Assembly: GCA_964016885.1 (NCBI GenBank)
Contig: OZ024742.1
Coordinates: forward strand, 173,848,001 to 173,912,000
DNA from: Eledone cirrhosa
Taxonomy: Eukaryota
Direction of reading: 5' to 3'
Length of the DNA: 64,000 nt
The number at the start of each line of letters is the position of its first letter. The stretch's first letter is position 1. The notes under the pieces are model-generated. The model did not search any database. It had not been told where the DNA came from and saw only the letters and a list, made by a program, of their open reading frames with translations. Positions 12,569 to 27,720 of the stretch are shown piece after piece. A program made the translations under genes and the position numbers.

Positions 12569-13703
12569 CATGTATGTGTGTATATGTATGTTGGCATGTA
12601 TATGTGTGTGTCAGTCTGTCTGTGTGTCTGAGTGTGTGTACATAAGTGTATGTAGGTGCATGTATGTATATATGAACACTTTTTTTTATTTTGGTAAACA
12701 TAGCCACACTAACTCCATTAAACCCACCTAAATGGAAAAGAAAAACGTTCTCTAAAATGGATCCTTAATCTCGGTACCCATTCCCCCATACACTCCCAAC
12801 CATTTCTTATTCTTATTTTCTACCCTCCATTACCATCTACTTCTTTTTTTTTCTCCTCCACCATCTTCTTTTTCCTTTTCTGCTGTTTCTATTCACCTTC
12901 CCATCATCACCTACTACACCAGATCATTCTCTCTATAACCATCCCCACTACAACCCCTGCAAACATCCATTCAAAGGAAACTATTTATACTGCAGCTGAC
13001 AAAAATCGTCTGACTTTCCTCATGATTTCTTATGAATGAAACAGTTCTAGTCCTGTGGATTTTCTATAATAAAAATGAACAAACATACATATATATATAT
13101 ATATATGTGTATGTGTGTATATGGAACTAGCTGTTGAAATGACAAGAGCTCAGCTGTCAGGGTACCGACTCTTTATTATATATATCGTCATCATCATCAT
13201 CATCGTTTAACATCTATCTTCCATGCTAGCATGGGTTAGACGGGAATTGTCCCACGTGAGGCAAGATTGGTCGGGTGACGGTATCTCGCTCGTATAGGTC
13301 TGTCTGGCAGCTTTTCTACAGCTGGATGCCCTTCCTAACACCAACCGCATTTACAGTGTGGACTGGGAGCTTTTTTTGTCGTGACACCTACACGACTTCG
13401 TTAGTATGGACTGGTACCAACATAACTTTACAGAGAACGGGTGGTGGTGGTAGGAGTGGGAGGATGGAGTAGGGGTAGTGGGTTTGGGGTGTATATTTGG
13501 TTAAGAGGTGCCTAATATATATATATGCAACAACATTATCTGTAGAAAGGAATAAAGGAAAAGCATTCTATGTAGTGCAATAGAGCTGCACCATTCATTC
13601 AGCACCACTGTAGATTCTACAGTTGCTGCTATGCCTAGACCCTGCAATCAAAGGCAGCCCATATATGTTACATGTATGAAAATATATATAAATATGTATC
13701 TAT

Positions 13704-13799
<96 letters not shown>

Positions 13800-16193
13800 A
13801 TCTATATATATATATATATATATATATATCATATAATATATGATAATTCAAACCAGTAGATAGATAATATCTCTAGAATCCTCAGGTTTGTAATAGGTTT
13901 TGTATATTATTTCTATTGCCTATGGTTATTATTTCTATTGCTTATGGTTTCAGATTACGGAGTTAGTAAGTTAATAGACAGATTGTTCAAATTGCTTCTG
14001 GCTAATTATCCTGTGTGTTGTGTGAGCCGTGTGCTATCTATAATGGTTTTTAATTTAATCACAATATCAGTTATTTGTTGGAATGGATAGTTGATTACAT
14101 TAACCACAGTAATTGACTGGTACTTTATTTCATTGATCCCAGAAAGATGAGAAGCAAAGTTTATCCCAGCAGGATTTGAGCTCAGAACCTAAAGAGCTGT
14201 AACAAATGCCGTTTAACATTTTATCTGATGCCTGATGATGTTCAAACAAAGGAAAATCTGCTTATGGAATGAATGTGCACATATCTGGGTATTTCTAAGA
14301 GATGTGTATCTATAAAATAGTTCTCTGGGAAATTTAGTCTGAGAGAGTGTCTGTCAAGAGTGGCTGTTTGAATTACAGGTACAACTCATTTTCGTCCGTT
14401 GGGTTGCATAGAGTTAAAAAACGCAATCTTCCACAGGGAATCAAACTTATGACCTTACTGCCATAAGCCAAACACCTTAAAAATGGAGCCATGCTCATTC
14501 ACAACTAAGGTATCACCACTTCATGAATGTTTTGTTAGCTTGCAATTCTTGTCATATCAATTCTATTTTAATGTTTGATACAGCTAACCCACTAATAGAC
14601 AACACAAGAATGCTTAGCTACTGTGTCAAGTGGAACTCTTGCGTAAAAAAGTATATTACCTACTACATTTTTTGGCATTATCACTAAGAAATATAAAATT
14701 TATTATCTAAAATATGATATCAAGTCAAACAAAATAATATACCATTTCTTATCCATTGTCATATGGTTTCATCAATAATGCACTAAATGTTTTACAAAAC
14801 TTTAACTCAACAACTTTAAATTATTGGAAAACCTTTGTTGTTTTTCATCAGTCTGTGATTGATAAAAAACATAGCACATACACCAGATGTACTGCTTTCA
14901 ATATTACCCAATATTCCCCAGCCATTTAAAATCTTGTAAAATACCTTGGCCCATAACAATAATTTTTCTCTTCATTAATCATTTTATACTAGACTACTTG
15001 AATCTGATCCTGGTTTTATAACACAGAACCATTTATTATAAAGGGGATATATTTTAATACAAGCCCTTCCATCCATTTTTTTATGAAATAATCTTTAAGA
15101 TATGCTCCAAACACCAGCTTCATAATAAAGAAGTTATTTACATTACTAAAAAAAAACCTCCCCCGACAGACACACACACAATATTTGATTACTATCTAAA
15201 TTATTTAAAAATCATAGACACTGCTTTTCATTAGAAATATGGTAATGAAATGGTTAAAATCAAAACTAATGGAATTGGAGATAGAATTGAAAGGTACAAT
15301 TGTGAGCTTCTCCATTTAGGACTTTATCTCTTTACCACTCAACTACACAATGTTTTCATTATATTATGTTATATGTGTTGTTATTTTTGTTCTTTGTTAA
15401 GCAATAGGATATTAAGCTGAATGGAGGGCTATGAATGGAATAGAAACTGAATTCTACATGGAGTGTTAAATCAAATTAAGGGAAAAGAGAATACCAAGAT
15501 TCATTTCTGACAACTTCCTTGTGATTATGAAATCGGGTGAGTATTGCATGAGTTGAAATAAAATAAATTTTAAGACATTAGACATCCATATAAACATATG
15601 AAATATAAAGTTCTCTCTTGTAAAGCCTTGCTATGAATACATACACTTGTATAAAATCTCAAACATACACAAATGAATTCCAGCCTAACAATAGAATTGA
15701 GTTATTCAAGGAAAATGGAATTAATATGCCTTGCATCAGGAAATTATCTTCTGAGAGAAGTAAAACATGAATCTTATTATGTTACAGTTTCCCAGTTGAA
15801 AGCTATTGTTACAAATGGCAAGATTTCATCAAAAGAAATATTAAAACTGTTCCGTGTGAAATCATATGGAATGAAAGCTTAAAATAAACGCAAAAAAGGA
15901 AAAGTATTATAATGAAAATTAAAGAAATTCATAAAGTATATTTCAAAACATTTTAAATTGCATTCACATTGATAACAGACATGATGTTTAAAGTTTGTGG
16001 TTTAAGATGCATTTAATTTTCATTGTAAATATTTTATTATTATATGAAAACATTTCTATATTATTTGGAGATAACTTTTGCTTTTCATTTCTGAATTAAT
16101 TTCCACTTTTTCCCAATTTTGATTTCAAATATTACTAAAGCTCATTTGTCCACTTATATTACAGATGCCTAGAAAATCAATCCCAATCTACAA

Positions 16194-16251
<58 letters not shown>

Positions 16252-16291
16252 GCACACACACACACATGCGCACACACACACACACACACCC

Positions 16292-16324
<33 letters not shown>

Positions 16325-17389
16325 AATGTGGTTGGCATTAGGGGATCCAGCCATAGAAACCTAGCCAGAAACAGTTCTATGAGTAAGACATGGTCACCTG
16401 ACCCAACTTGCCTCAAATGGGACAACCCCTCTAACCCATGGTAGTGGGGAAAATGGAAGTCAAATGGTGATAATGATGATGATGAAGGTGATATATAGCG
16501 AGAAAGAGAGAGATTGGGAGTTACCAGTGTAGACTAGTAAGACACTGTTCAGCTAAGTGCTGGATATGTGAGAAAGTAGAGTTGATGTATTGTAAATAGT
16601 TAATGCCCGAAGGCTGAGCTCACATCATTTCAAGAGTGAGTGGATAATTAGTTATCCACTTCCTGTTGAAATGCCATGATCTCAGACATCAGGCATTAGC
16701 AGCAAAAGCAGATGTTAAAATTATAATATATATACATGAAGCACACACATTATCTCTCTTTCTTTCTCTCACTCTCTCTTTATATATATAAGTTGTAGGA
16801 AACTCAGATGCAGGCAAGATTTTTCCAGTTCTAAGCAACTTTACCCAATATTTAAAGGCTATTTTATAGTAACTGACTGTAATAGCTGTTATTTTCTGCT
16901 TCTAAACTTACTACATAAGCCTTTAAATATATTTCCTCAGTTCTCAGTAATTTCAAAAATTCATAAATTCACCTAGGACATTTGTTTTTATTTTCAAAAG
17001 CTGTTTGATTCAGCTACTTATTAAAGACAGTAAGATATCAGGGGCCCCTTATTACAATAGTTAGATCACCAAGATGACATCTTGGAATTATAGTGTTTCT
17101 TTGTAGCGACCACTGACAATTTTTTTCTGTCTCTAGGTGTCTTTACCCGATTTTTGTAAGCTATTTTAGAGCAACTGAGTGTAATTGCAGTTAATTTTTT
17201 AATCTGAGATTTCTACATTTTATAAATTTAATAACCTGGTGCTTTGTAAGATTGAAAATATGAGCTTCACGCACAATGTTTGTTTATATATATATATATA
17301 TATATATATAGTAATAATAATAAATTTGAAGACTAAAATCCAAAGAGGGCTCGATAAAGATAAATATATATCAAATATATATATATCAA

Positions 17390-17415
<26 letters not shown>

Positions 17416-17421
<6 letters not shown>

Positions 17422-18449
17422 TCTGGTGCAATAAGTAGCAGCAAGTGCCCAAAGCATTGCACAGATGGTTCTATAGAAACAGTGGACAGCTTCCGTTACC
17501 AGGGTGACATAATCAGCAGTGGGGGAGGGTGCTCTGAAAGTACAGTAGCTAGAGACAGAACTGGATGGAAAAAGTTCAGAGAGCTTATACCACTATTAGC
17601 TGCTAAAGGATTCTCCCTAAAAATGAAAGGCAGGCTGTATGATGCCTGCATATGAACAGCAATGTTACATGGCAGTGAGACCTGGGCATTGTGTGCAGAG
17701 GATGTACGCAGACTGGAGAGGAACGAAGCTTGCATGCTCCGCTGGATGTTTAATAGTAATATACGTGAACGGCAAAGCATAAACGAACTAAGGGAAAAAT
17801 TAGGAATAAGAGGGATCATATGTTGTTTACTCGAGAGAAGACTATGTTGGTATGGTAACGTGATGCGCATGAAAGATGACAGCTGTATAAAAAAAGTGCA
17901 GGGCAATAAAAATAGACGGTAGCCACGGAGTAGGCAGACCCAGAAAAACCTGGGACGTGTTGATAAATTCCGACCTCACACACTTACACCTCTCCAAGAC
18001 AATGTCACTGGAGCGAGATCTTTGGCGCTACACAGTAATAGAGAAGACCCGCCTTACCTAAGTACAAAGTGAAACCTACTACAGTCAGTAGGCACCTCTA
18101 ACAAAATACACCTACTCGCACTACACCCACCCCATCCACACCACCCCTTTCAATGTAAAGTTATATTGGTACCACAACATCCAGCCTGAAACAAATGAGG
18201 CCGTGTAGGTGTCACGACAAAAAAACACACAGTCCACGCTGTAATGTGGCCATGTAGGTAACATGGTAAAAACCTCCCAGTTACACACTGTAAATGTGGT
18301 TGGTGTTAGGAAGGGCATCCAGCCATAGAAAACCCGCCAGACAGTCCTATGCAAGCAAGACAACCACTCTTGCCTCAAGTGGAAAAACTCCCGTCCAGAC
18401 CCATGCAAGCGTGGAATATGGACGTTAAACGATGATGATGATGATGATG

Positions 18450-18450
<1 letters not shown>
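17416..18450 (+). mobile_element. 5'-truncated RTE LINE: coding 3' end, 3' UTR and (GAT)n tail
   Basis: ETVDSFRYQG, GWKKFREL, MLHGSETW, ERRLCWYG. Confidence 0.9.
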
Positions 18451-18480
<30 letters not shown>

Positions 18481-18647
18481 CATAATTAGTTACAACATTG
18501 ACATATACAGGTACTTTAGTTCCATTGGGTTCTACACTCCAACTCCCTCAGCCTGTTATATAAAACTACCTGTATATGTGTATATGTCTCTGTTGTAACT
18601 AATTATACTTAACTCATCCTATTGACTGCGTGCTCTTAAATTACATA

Positions 18648-18689
<42 letters not shown>

Positions 18690-18718
18690 ATCTAAGAGCA
18701 TGCAGTCAATAGGATGAG

Positions 18719-18805
<87 letters not shown>

Positions 18806-18807
18806 CA

Positions 18808-20040
18808 TATCATCATCACCATTCAATATCCATTTTGCCATGCTGTCATGGGTTAGATGAGCAAAGCCAAGTCAGGTGACCATATCATGCTCATGCAGAA
18901 CCAATTTTGGCTTGGTTTCTACAGTTGGATGCCTTTCCTAGTGCCAACCTCATTTTACAGTGAGTACTGGGTGCTTGTTATCACAATGCTTACGCAAACA
19001 CTTTACAGTGTGGAGTGGGTGCATTTTGCAGTTACACCTTCACAACCTCTTTACAGTGTGGGCTGGCCACTTTTTGCAGTGTTGCCATCACAACCACTTT
19101 ACAGTGTGGGCTGGAGGCTTCACTAGATATATACTTCAGCTTGTCCTCATAGGAGATGTATGGGAGGGTGGGATGTGGTGATGTGGTGCTTACTATATAT
19201 ATGCTTCAGCTTCGACCTGTGCCAGGAGGAACATGGGTCTTCCATATTACTGCATAATGCCAGAGATCTCAGTCCTGTGGCATCATCTTTGAGAGGTGCA
19301 ATTGGGCAAGCTCAGCTTTTTTCACCATGTCCCATCTCTTCTTGGATCTCCACAGTCCACAGCTTCCATCAACTTTGAGTGCACTGCACCTTTTTATACA
19401 GCTGGTGAGTTGAGAGAAAAACTGGGTGTTAGTGGAATCAAATGTGCGCGGCAGGGAAGACTGCACTGTCCAATGTTTCCGTCTCTGAAAGCTTATACAC
19501 ACAATATGTTAGGTGCAATATGAGAGGTGCAATTGGGCAAGCTCAGCTTTTTTCACCACATCCCATCTGTTCCTGGGTCTCCCAAGTCCACAGCTTCCAT
19601 CAACTTTGAGTGCACTGCAACTTTTTATACAGCTGTCATAGCTTCCTATGCATCACATTTCTATACCACACTGCATCTGATTCCTCTTATGCCTAGTTTC
19701 TCTCTGAATATGTTTATGCTTTGATGTTCATGTATATTATTATTACACATCCATCAGAGCAGGCAAGCTTTATTCCTTTCCAATCCAAGCAAGTCTTCTG
19801 CACACAGCGCCCAGTGCTCACTTCCATGCAACACTGCTGCTCATATGCACGCATCATACAGTCTACCTTTCATTTTGAGGGAAAAGCCTTTTGTAGCTAG
19901 AAGTGGTAGCAGTTCCCTGAACTTCTTCATCCTGTTGTTACTCTGGCTACTGAACTTTCAGAACACCCACTTCCGCTGTTAATTTGGTCACCCAGGTAGG
20001 AAAATCTGACTTCTGTTTTTACTGAGCCTTCCCAGTGTTT
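18808..20040 (-). mobile_element. Rearranged RTE LINE 3' fragment with 3' UTR
   Basis: Same motifs on the minus strand, with an internal duplication and an inverted insert. Confidence 0.8.
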
Positions 20041-20943
20041 GTGTGTGAATATATATATATATATATGTATATATATATGATTCTATGTAAGAACTGCTAA
20101 AATGGTTATCAATTTTTAATATATTTTAACTAAAGTTCAGTGCAGATTTTGCCAAGGAAAAATGAAAAATAGTCTAATATATTGTGTGTATAAGCTTTCA
20201 AAGATGGAAACTTTGGACAGCGCAGTCTTCCCTGCCACGCACAACATTTGATTCCACTTACACCCAGTTTTCTCTCAATTCACTCATGGTTCAGCATTCA
20301 TACACATTAACACCATGCATCCATCAAAGCACTTCGTTTCTATCCAGGCTTTAGATATCCTCTTTATTTACAACCCGAGTTTCCCTTCCATGCAACATTG
20401 CACATAACATATAGGCATCATTCTACACTGGCTATAATCTAGCTTTATATACTTCATTTGCTACATACACTAGTTATATAATATACTGGTCTTATACACC
20501 CCTTATATATATACACACTACTAAACTGCTTGAGTTCAAATCCCACCAAGGTTAACTTTGCCTTTCATCCTTAAGAGGTCGATAAAATAAAGTACCACTA
20601 ATGCACTGGGATAATTGCTGGCCTTGTGCCAAAAATGGAAATAGTTATATACTACACTAATTATATACAAATGTTATATACTACACTGGTTATAATATAT
20701 ACAGTTTATACACTACACTGGATATATAGACATTGTATATACTACACTGGCTATTTAAACATTTTATATACTACACAGCTTATATGCATAGTTTCTATAT
20801 TACACTGGCTATATACACATGTTATATACTACACAAGTGATATACACATTTTATATACTATACTGTTAATATACAGTTTATATTCTCCAGTGTCTATTTA
20901 CACAATGTATATAGTACACTGGCTATATACACTTTTAATATAC

Positions 20944-21139
20944 TATGAGAGTCACCTAAAAAGTGCATAGGCTGACAATGAAGGAGTGATGCTAGATCTG
21001 TGAAATCTTGCATGCATTAATTTCAAATCTTGTTAGTAATAACTGCATTGTTTCTTTCCTTGTTGAAAAATAAATATCATTTTTGTCATTCCATGAGAGT
21101 ATTTTGGTCAACCAATGAACTTTTCAGCCAACCATTGTA
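20944..21139. mobile_element. Tc1/mariner-type MITE
   Basis: Imperfect ~30-bp TIRs (tatgagagtcacctaaaaagtgcataggctgac / gtcaaccaatgaacttttcagccaaccattgta), with TA at both ends. Confidence 0.65.
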
Positions 21140-21316
21140 TAATGGTTATATACACACTCTTCATATACTACATTGGTTATATACTGATTATATACACACA
21201 TCGTATACAACATTGGCTATTTACATTAATTATATAATACACTGGTTACACACTCTTCATCTACTCTCACCACATATACAACTTTTTTAAATAAGAATGA
21301 AATATTCACGAGACTC

Positions 21317-21352
<36 letters not shown>

Positions 21353-21613
21353 TTTCTCTAAAGTGACGCCCTCATTTTCTCACAACACGAAATATGAACA
21401 AACATTCTTCAGCCCTTAATTTTTTTTATTTTTAAATTTCACTTTTAATATTTAATATTTGATAAGCTGAATTACATCAAAACCAGTAATATTTTATATA
21501 ATTTATAAAACCCTCTTTTAAAAAGAAATATTTTCTTTTTTTTTTTCAAATATAACACTTTGTACAACACTAGTTATATACACACTTCATATACTACACT
21601 GAGTATATACACA

Positions 21614-21788
21614 CAGTGCCAGATTTAGGACAAAGGAGGCCCTATACTAGTTAAGTTATAAGGCCCCTTAGATGGGCCCTGAAGGAGGCAATTCCTCATA
21701 AAAAATGTTTTTGGCAGGAAGATGGGTTCCCTGGCCAATGGGTCCCTGTGCTTCAGCACACCTAAGCACTATGGTAAATCTGGCACTG
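21614..21788. mobile_element. hAT-like MITE
   Basis: Perfect 14-bp TIRs cagtgccagattta / taaatctggcactg. Internal ggccc motifs. The 8-bp flanks differ only by transitions (tatacaca / tgtatata). Confidence 0.7.
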
Positions 21789-23529
21789 TGTATATAAATT
21801 GTTTGTAGTACACATTCTATGTACTACATTGGTTGTATACACAGTTTATATACTACATAGGTTACGGCTGTGTTAGTCACATGTCAAAATGGCTGATGCT
21901 GTAAATTTGTTGTCTGTGCCAACTTGTCTGCATTTGAATGTTTACTGAAGTTCCAGTAATATTTTCCTGTGTGTATGATTGCATGTGTGTCTGTGTGTTT
22001 GTAAGTATGTTGTGTGTGTGTGTGCATGAAAGAGAGAGTGTTGATATATGTGTGTATCTTATTGTATGATTATGAGTGTGAGTGAGGATGGGAATGTGAA
22101 TGTATCAGTGTGTGTGTGACTTTGTGTCTGCTTATGAATGTGTGTAAGTGAGTGTCTGCATGTGTATGTATATGTATGTTTGTGTGTGCAAGAGAGAGAG
22201 AGAGAGAGTGTTAATATGTGTATGCATGAGTTTGTGTATATGCATGTCTATGTATGTGCATGCTGTTTGGGTTGGGTGTTGCATTTGTCTGCATTACAAT
22301 GTGCACCAAAGTTGTAGATAAGAATATATTAGAATCTTTCACAAATCCACTTTTGCTGCATCACACCTTGTTATTCATATCAACATATCATAATATGTAT
22401 TTGGTATGTTAAGGATAACAAGCTACAAACAACAATAAAATGTTCCATAAGAGAAATTCTATTCCACCTATATCAATAGCTTTGAAAAAGTACTTGTTAT
22501 GCATTGCGATGAAGTATTATGTAATTATAAAACTGCTCAATATACACAATATGCACACAAGAGATAATGTCCAAGTTTGGACAATGTAACATATTTCTAC
22601 TAAATAATATGTTCCAGCTACAAACAAGATAACATCATAGATAGACTGTTTGTTAGTAATAGTAGAAGTGTGCATTGGTCTACAAAATAGTCTCTTGCTG
22701 CAAAATAAATAAATGAATTACTAAAGCATACTGCTACCAACTGATTGTGACGTTCACTAGCATAAATAAAATATAAATAAATTATAAATACATCTTTGAA
22801 AGCTGATATAGTACCATCATCATCATCATCATCATCATTTTTTTATTTTATTATCTGCTTTTTATCTTAGTAAGTGTTAGATGGGTCTTTGGAACCGGAT
22901 TTAGTATTGAAGCAATGTTGCTAATCTCTCAGATAGGTTGGGTTTCTGCATCTAGCTTACATAGGATCCTAAACTCTGCAGAGTGCATCTTATTTTGGCA
23001 TCTTCTCTAGGGAGGTTGTCATGTTTTTGATATAGCTGAAGACTCTTCTCAACACTTTCTCTTGTAGGTTTTCTGTGGCTGGATGGCTTTCCAAACATTT
23101 TCCATTTAACCTTCTCATTACCATATTTCTAATGTAAGAAACTGCCTCTAATTTTCAAATCTTTTGGAAAATAATCATAATTTGGAAAGATTTAGCCTGG
23201 AACATAACTTAAGAAAGGTTCTTATATAATTTTAAGAGAGGTGGTTTAAATGTTAACTACTATAAACAGACTATGAAAGCATACAATAAACAGGTGTGAT
23301 ACAGTAGGACTTTCTAATTGAAACCATTTGTTACCAGTTGGTGATTTTCAAACCTTTTTGAAAATAATCAATGCCTAGAAGAGTGTTGTAATATTATTAA
23401 CTTTATAATTATCAGGAACATAACTTACATAACATTATAATGGAAGGGTTAATTTTAAATATAAATGCTTTAAATCAAACTGTTTTATATCATAAAACCA
23501 GGGGTGGTTTCAGGCTGGTTGGTATCAAA

Positions 23530-25150
23530 AGTAATAATTGTTTCTACTTTTGGAACAAGGCCAGCAATTACCCAGTACATTACTGGTACTTTATATAATA
23601 ATAATCTCTAATGTAGGCAGAAAGCCAGGAATTTTGAGGGGATGGGAAGTCAATTAAATCTACCTCAATGTTAGATAAATACTTTAAAATATCAATCTAG
23701 GATAATCAAGCTAATGATTCTGCCAATCAAACACCCTTTATACCGAAAACATTAATGGTTTCTAATTTATGCACAAGGACAGGATTATCTTGGGTAAGGA
23801 AAAGTCAATTAAATTGACCCAAGTATATTATATTGTCTAATTCTTTGTATTATTCAAAGAACAAAAGACAAAGATGAACTTTTAGGATTTGAAATCAGAA
23901 AATAAAGAACCATAACAGTTTGGTAAAGCATTTTGTCCAATAGTCTAATGATTTTGCTGATCAACAAAAAAGAAAAAAAGAAGAAGAAAGAGAAAAGGAA
24001 AGAAGAAGAAGAAGAAGAAGAAGAAGAAGAAGAAGAAGAAGAAGGGGAGGAGGAGGTGGGGAGAAAAGAAAGTTTGTGCTAATGATTGTAGATGAGTGTG
24101 TGCATATATATATGTATATATATATCTATATATATATATGTATAAAAGTGTGTGTGTATGTATGTGTGTATATGTATGTAAGGAAGGAGAGGAGGAGGAG
24201 GAGGAGGAGGAGAACTACTAGTAGTAGTTGTAGTAGTACAATTGCAACAACATTCAAATACAACCAAAGAAAGTATTACCTGAAAAGACAACATATTTGA
24301 AAATAAGAGTCATTGATTCCATATAATATAATATTGGTAATTCTTGTGTCTAGAATCTTTCCTTGCAGCATTGGAAATATTTCTGAAGAAAGGAAACTAT
24401 TTCCGTCTCGAGTGGCTGAAGAGTTCTCTCTATGTTTTAGTGAAATCTTTAAAATCTTTACCAGATCAACAGAAGTGAATGAACAAAAAAAACAAAAATA
24501 AATAACAACAATAATAATTGGTTCTATGTTTGTCACAATGGAAGCAATTTTTAGGGAAGTAGAAAGTTGGTTAAATCTACCCAGTGCATTACTGGTACTT
24601 TATTTTATCAATGCCATAAGGATGAAAAACCAAGCTAACATCAGCAGGATTTGAACTCAGAACATAAAGGGGCATAACTCTATGCTGCAAAGCATGTTGT
24701 CCATCATTCTACTGATACTGATAACTCAACACACTAATAACAATGGTTTCTTATATAAGCACAAGGCCAGCAATTTGGGGGGAGGGGACAGTCGATTAAA
24801 TCGACCCCAGTGCATGACTGGTACTTTATTTTATCAATCCCCGTAAGGATGAAAGGCAAAGTTAACCTCGACGGGGTTTGAACTCGGATCATAAAGGGCC
24901 GTAACTCTACCCTGTACCGATAATGCAAATCCACAGCCTTTAACAATAATAATAATAATATTTCTAATAATAATTGTTTCTACTTTTGGCACGCGGCCAG
25001 CAATTACCCCAGTGCATCACTGGTACTTTATGTTATTGATCTTGTAAGGATGAAAGGCAAAGTTAACCTTGGCTGGATTTGAACTCAGATTGTAAAGAGC
25101 CGTAACTCTATGCCACTAAACAAGCCACCCAACTCTCTACCAATACCACC
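23530..25150 (-). mobile_element. Cluster of decayed and fresher ~190-bp SINEs (family C)
   Basis: Repeated ggatgaaaggcaaagttaacct...ggatttgaactcag and ctggtactttattttatc. Clearest copies at 24520-24730, 24740-24915 and 24970-25150. Confidence 0.75.
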
Positions 25151-25994
25151 AAATAATAAAAATGAGTAATAGACTCAGTATAAATTGATAGTAGTTCTTA
25201 AAGTATAACCAATAAATATATGGCTTAGATCTCTATTCAATATTTATGAATAATTCATTAATAATATTCTAAATATACTTTTCCTCATTTCATGTGAATT
25301 GGCAGTATTAGTAGTGTGTTGGAGAAAGTGCTGTGTGGCATATATTTAAAGCATTATATATTCTGAGTTCCATCCTGCTGAGCTTAACCTTGCCTTTCAT
25401 CTGCTGGAAGTCAATAAAATAATGTAACAGTCTAGTTCATCTCTGGTTTATTTAATCAATTTCCCTCCCCTAAACCTGCTGTCCATGTGCCTAAATTAGA
25501 AACATGTCTGTGGAAACAGCATAGTTAAATGGGTGGGGAATTCACTTTGCAATTATCAAGTCCCAAGTCCAATCCCACTGTTTGAAATTTTGAGCAACTA
25601 GCATTTATTATAGCTGTGGGTCAACTCCTGCTTAATGAGTAAAAATGGTTAGACAGAAACTACTGTTAGGAAGCCCGTCAGAAGGACTCTGTCACTATCT
25701 AAAAACATGCCGAATTTATCACACAGTGCCACACTGAATCTCCCTGAAATATATTATGTGTAAATATGAAATGCCCAGCCAATTACACATTAATTTCACT
25801 GGCTATTCCATTGATCAATTAATTGGATCACATATTGTTGAAACCAACCAAGGTCGAATGACCAGTTCATATCCGTCTGGTTTCTGTTTATGTATTTATG
25901 TGTTTATTTATTGTTTAGTTTATTTCACATTGACATGGATCAGTGTATTTTTGGAGTGGTGGCAGTGTAATTAAATATTTATGTATAATTGAAG

Positions 25995-26335
25995 TAAAGG
26001 ATAAAGACCTCCTTCAGTCAATAGGTTTTTCAACTTGAAAGTTCCCCTCTGAGGCACAAGCCCAGATAAGATGTTTTTGTGGAAAACCAGCAGTCACCTC
26101 CGAATACAAGTCTCACCACCCTATGCCATTGTGCTGTCCAAGTGACTGGCAAAGGCTGACACAACTTGGCAACAGTGATATTGAAACTCCTTTTTCAAAT
26201 TAAGTGAAATAGGGCATCATGAAATAAAATGTCTTGCTCAGGGACAAAACTCTCTGTACTGTCAGGGACTGAAATTCACAATCTCAGTATTGTGAAACCA
26301 ATGCTATAACCACTAAGCCATACACCTTCACATAC
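25995..26335 (-). mobile_element. Decayed tRNA/CORE-like SINE
   Basis: tgaaataaaatgtcttgctcagggac and taaccactaagccat. A related copy lies at 51595-51890. Confidence 0.6.
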
Positions 26336-27217
26336 TTGAAGTAGTTGATGTTATTTGCAATTGGTTTATTGTTTGTATGTTTTGTTGTATGTCATTTTTA
26401 AACTCTTTCATTACCATCCTATTTCTAATGAGATTTTTATAATATTATTTTTAACTTTGCCTTACGGGGCCGATAAAATAAAGCACCAGTAATGTACTGG
26501 GATAATTACTGTCCTTGTGCTAAAAGTAGAAACAATTATTTATATATATAGCAAGCCTAAAAAATAATCATAAAACCATGATGATGATAATGATGATGAT
26601 ATATCTATCTCTCTATGTATATGCATATAGGTGTATATATATATATCTATATATATATATATATATATATAGATATATATATATATATATATATACACAA
26701 ATAAAATATAGAGTTATTAACTCATATAGGTACCCTGCAATTAAAACAAGACTCAATGTATAAATACCGAGCATTATATAGTAATATATATGTATAAATA
26801 AACACAGTAAATCTCGTGTCTAAAATTACGAGGGTATAAGATACCACTAATGTTTTAAAAATTTGATTTTAACCATACAGTGTGATATATTAATTTTATA
26901 CTGACCGTATCAAAAACATTTCATCTCTAGGACAGATTTTAGACTCAATCTGTTTTGCCCTGAAAAATTGTGTTTGTAACAGATAATCTGTAGGCTATCA
27001 TCAGCGAGAGTTAGATCAAATGAAACAAAACACCTCTAACAGCAATTTCAGGACCAAAGATATGTTCCTCATGGTTTGCACGTTATACGTGGTATGAGTA
27101 GTTATGCTATAAATAATAACCTTATCCCACTCAGTTTATAAGCTCACCCATTCAAGGAGCCCAAATACAAATAAAATATACAAATAAACAAGCTCAAAGT
27201 ATAAATACCGAGCATTA

Positions 27218-27600
27218 GGAGGCGGTGGATTGGCAGTATCGGTAGAGGGTCGGACGCCATGCTTTGATGCATAGAGTTACGGCCCTTGCTATTCTGAGTT
27301 CAAATCCCGCCGAGGTTAACTTTGCCTTTCATCCTTACAGGGTCGATAAAATAAAGTACTAGTAATGTACTGGGTAATTTCTGGCCTTGTGCCAATAGTA
27401 GAAACAATTATATGGTGGATTGGTAGTATCGGTAGAGGGTCAGGCGCCATGCATTGAAGCATAGAGTTACCTCCCTTTATGATCTGAGTTCAAATCCCGC
27501 CAAGGTTAACTTTGCCTTTCATCGTTATGGGGTCGATAAAATAAAGTACCAGTAATGCACTGGGATAATTGCTGGCCTGGTGCAAATAGTAGAAACAATT
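27218..27600 (+). mobile_element. Head-to-tail dimer of SINE family C
   Basis: Two copies of ggtggattggcagtatcggtagagggtc...gagttcaaatcc...gcctttcatcc...ggccttgtgcc...tagaaacaatt. Confidence 0.85.
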
Positions 27601-27720
27601 ATATAGTAATATATATGTATAAATAAACACATATATATAGACATATATACGTATATATATATATACACATGGCCTCAGCCGGATGGCTGGAACAGGTAGA
27701 AGAATAAAAGAGTATATATA

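Larger units (their letters stand above)
20420..21860. repeat. Degenerate ~29-bp minisatellite (tatatactacactggctatatacacattt-like), interrupted by a SINE piece and two MITEs
   Basis: ctacactgg recurs at ~29-bp spacing, most clearly at 20650-20940. Confidence 0.75.

Noticed and set aside
24276-24536. 86-aa minus-strand ORF as a host exon
   Set aside because: No recognisable domain, it starts in SINE sequence, and the splice signals are ambiguous
26960-27010. Minus-strand CUGAUGA plus hairpin, between direct repeats at 26697-26805 and 27167-27630
   Set aside because: No GAAA or stem I in the right place; at best a heavily decayed motif
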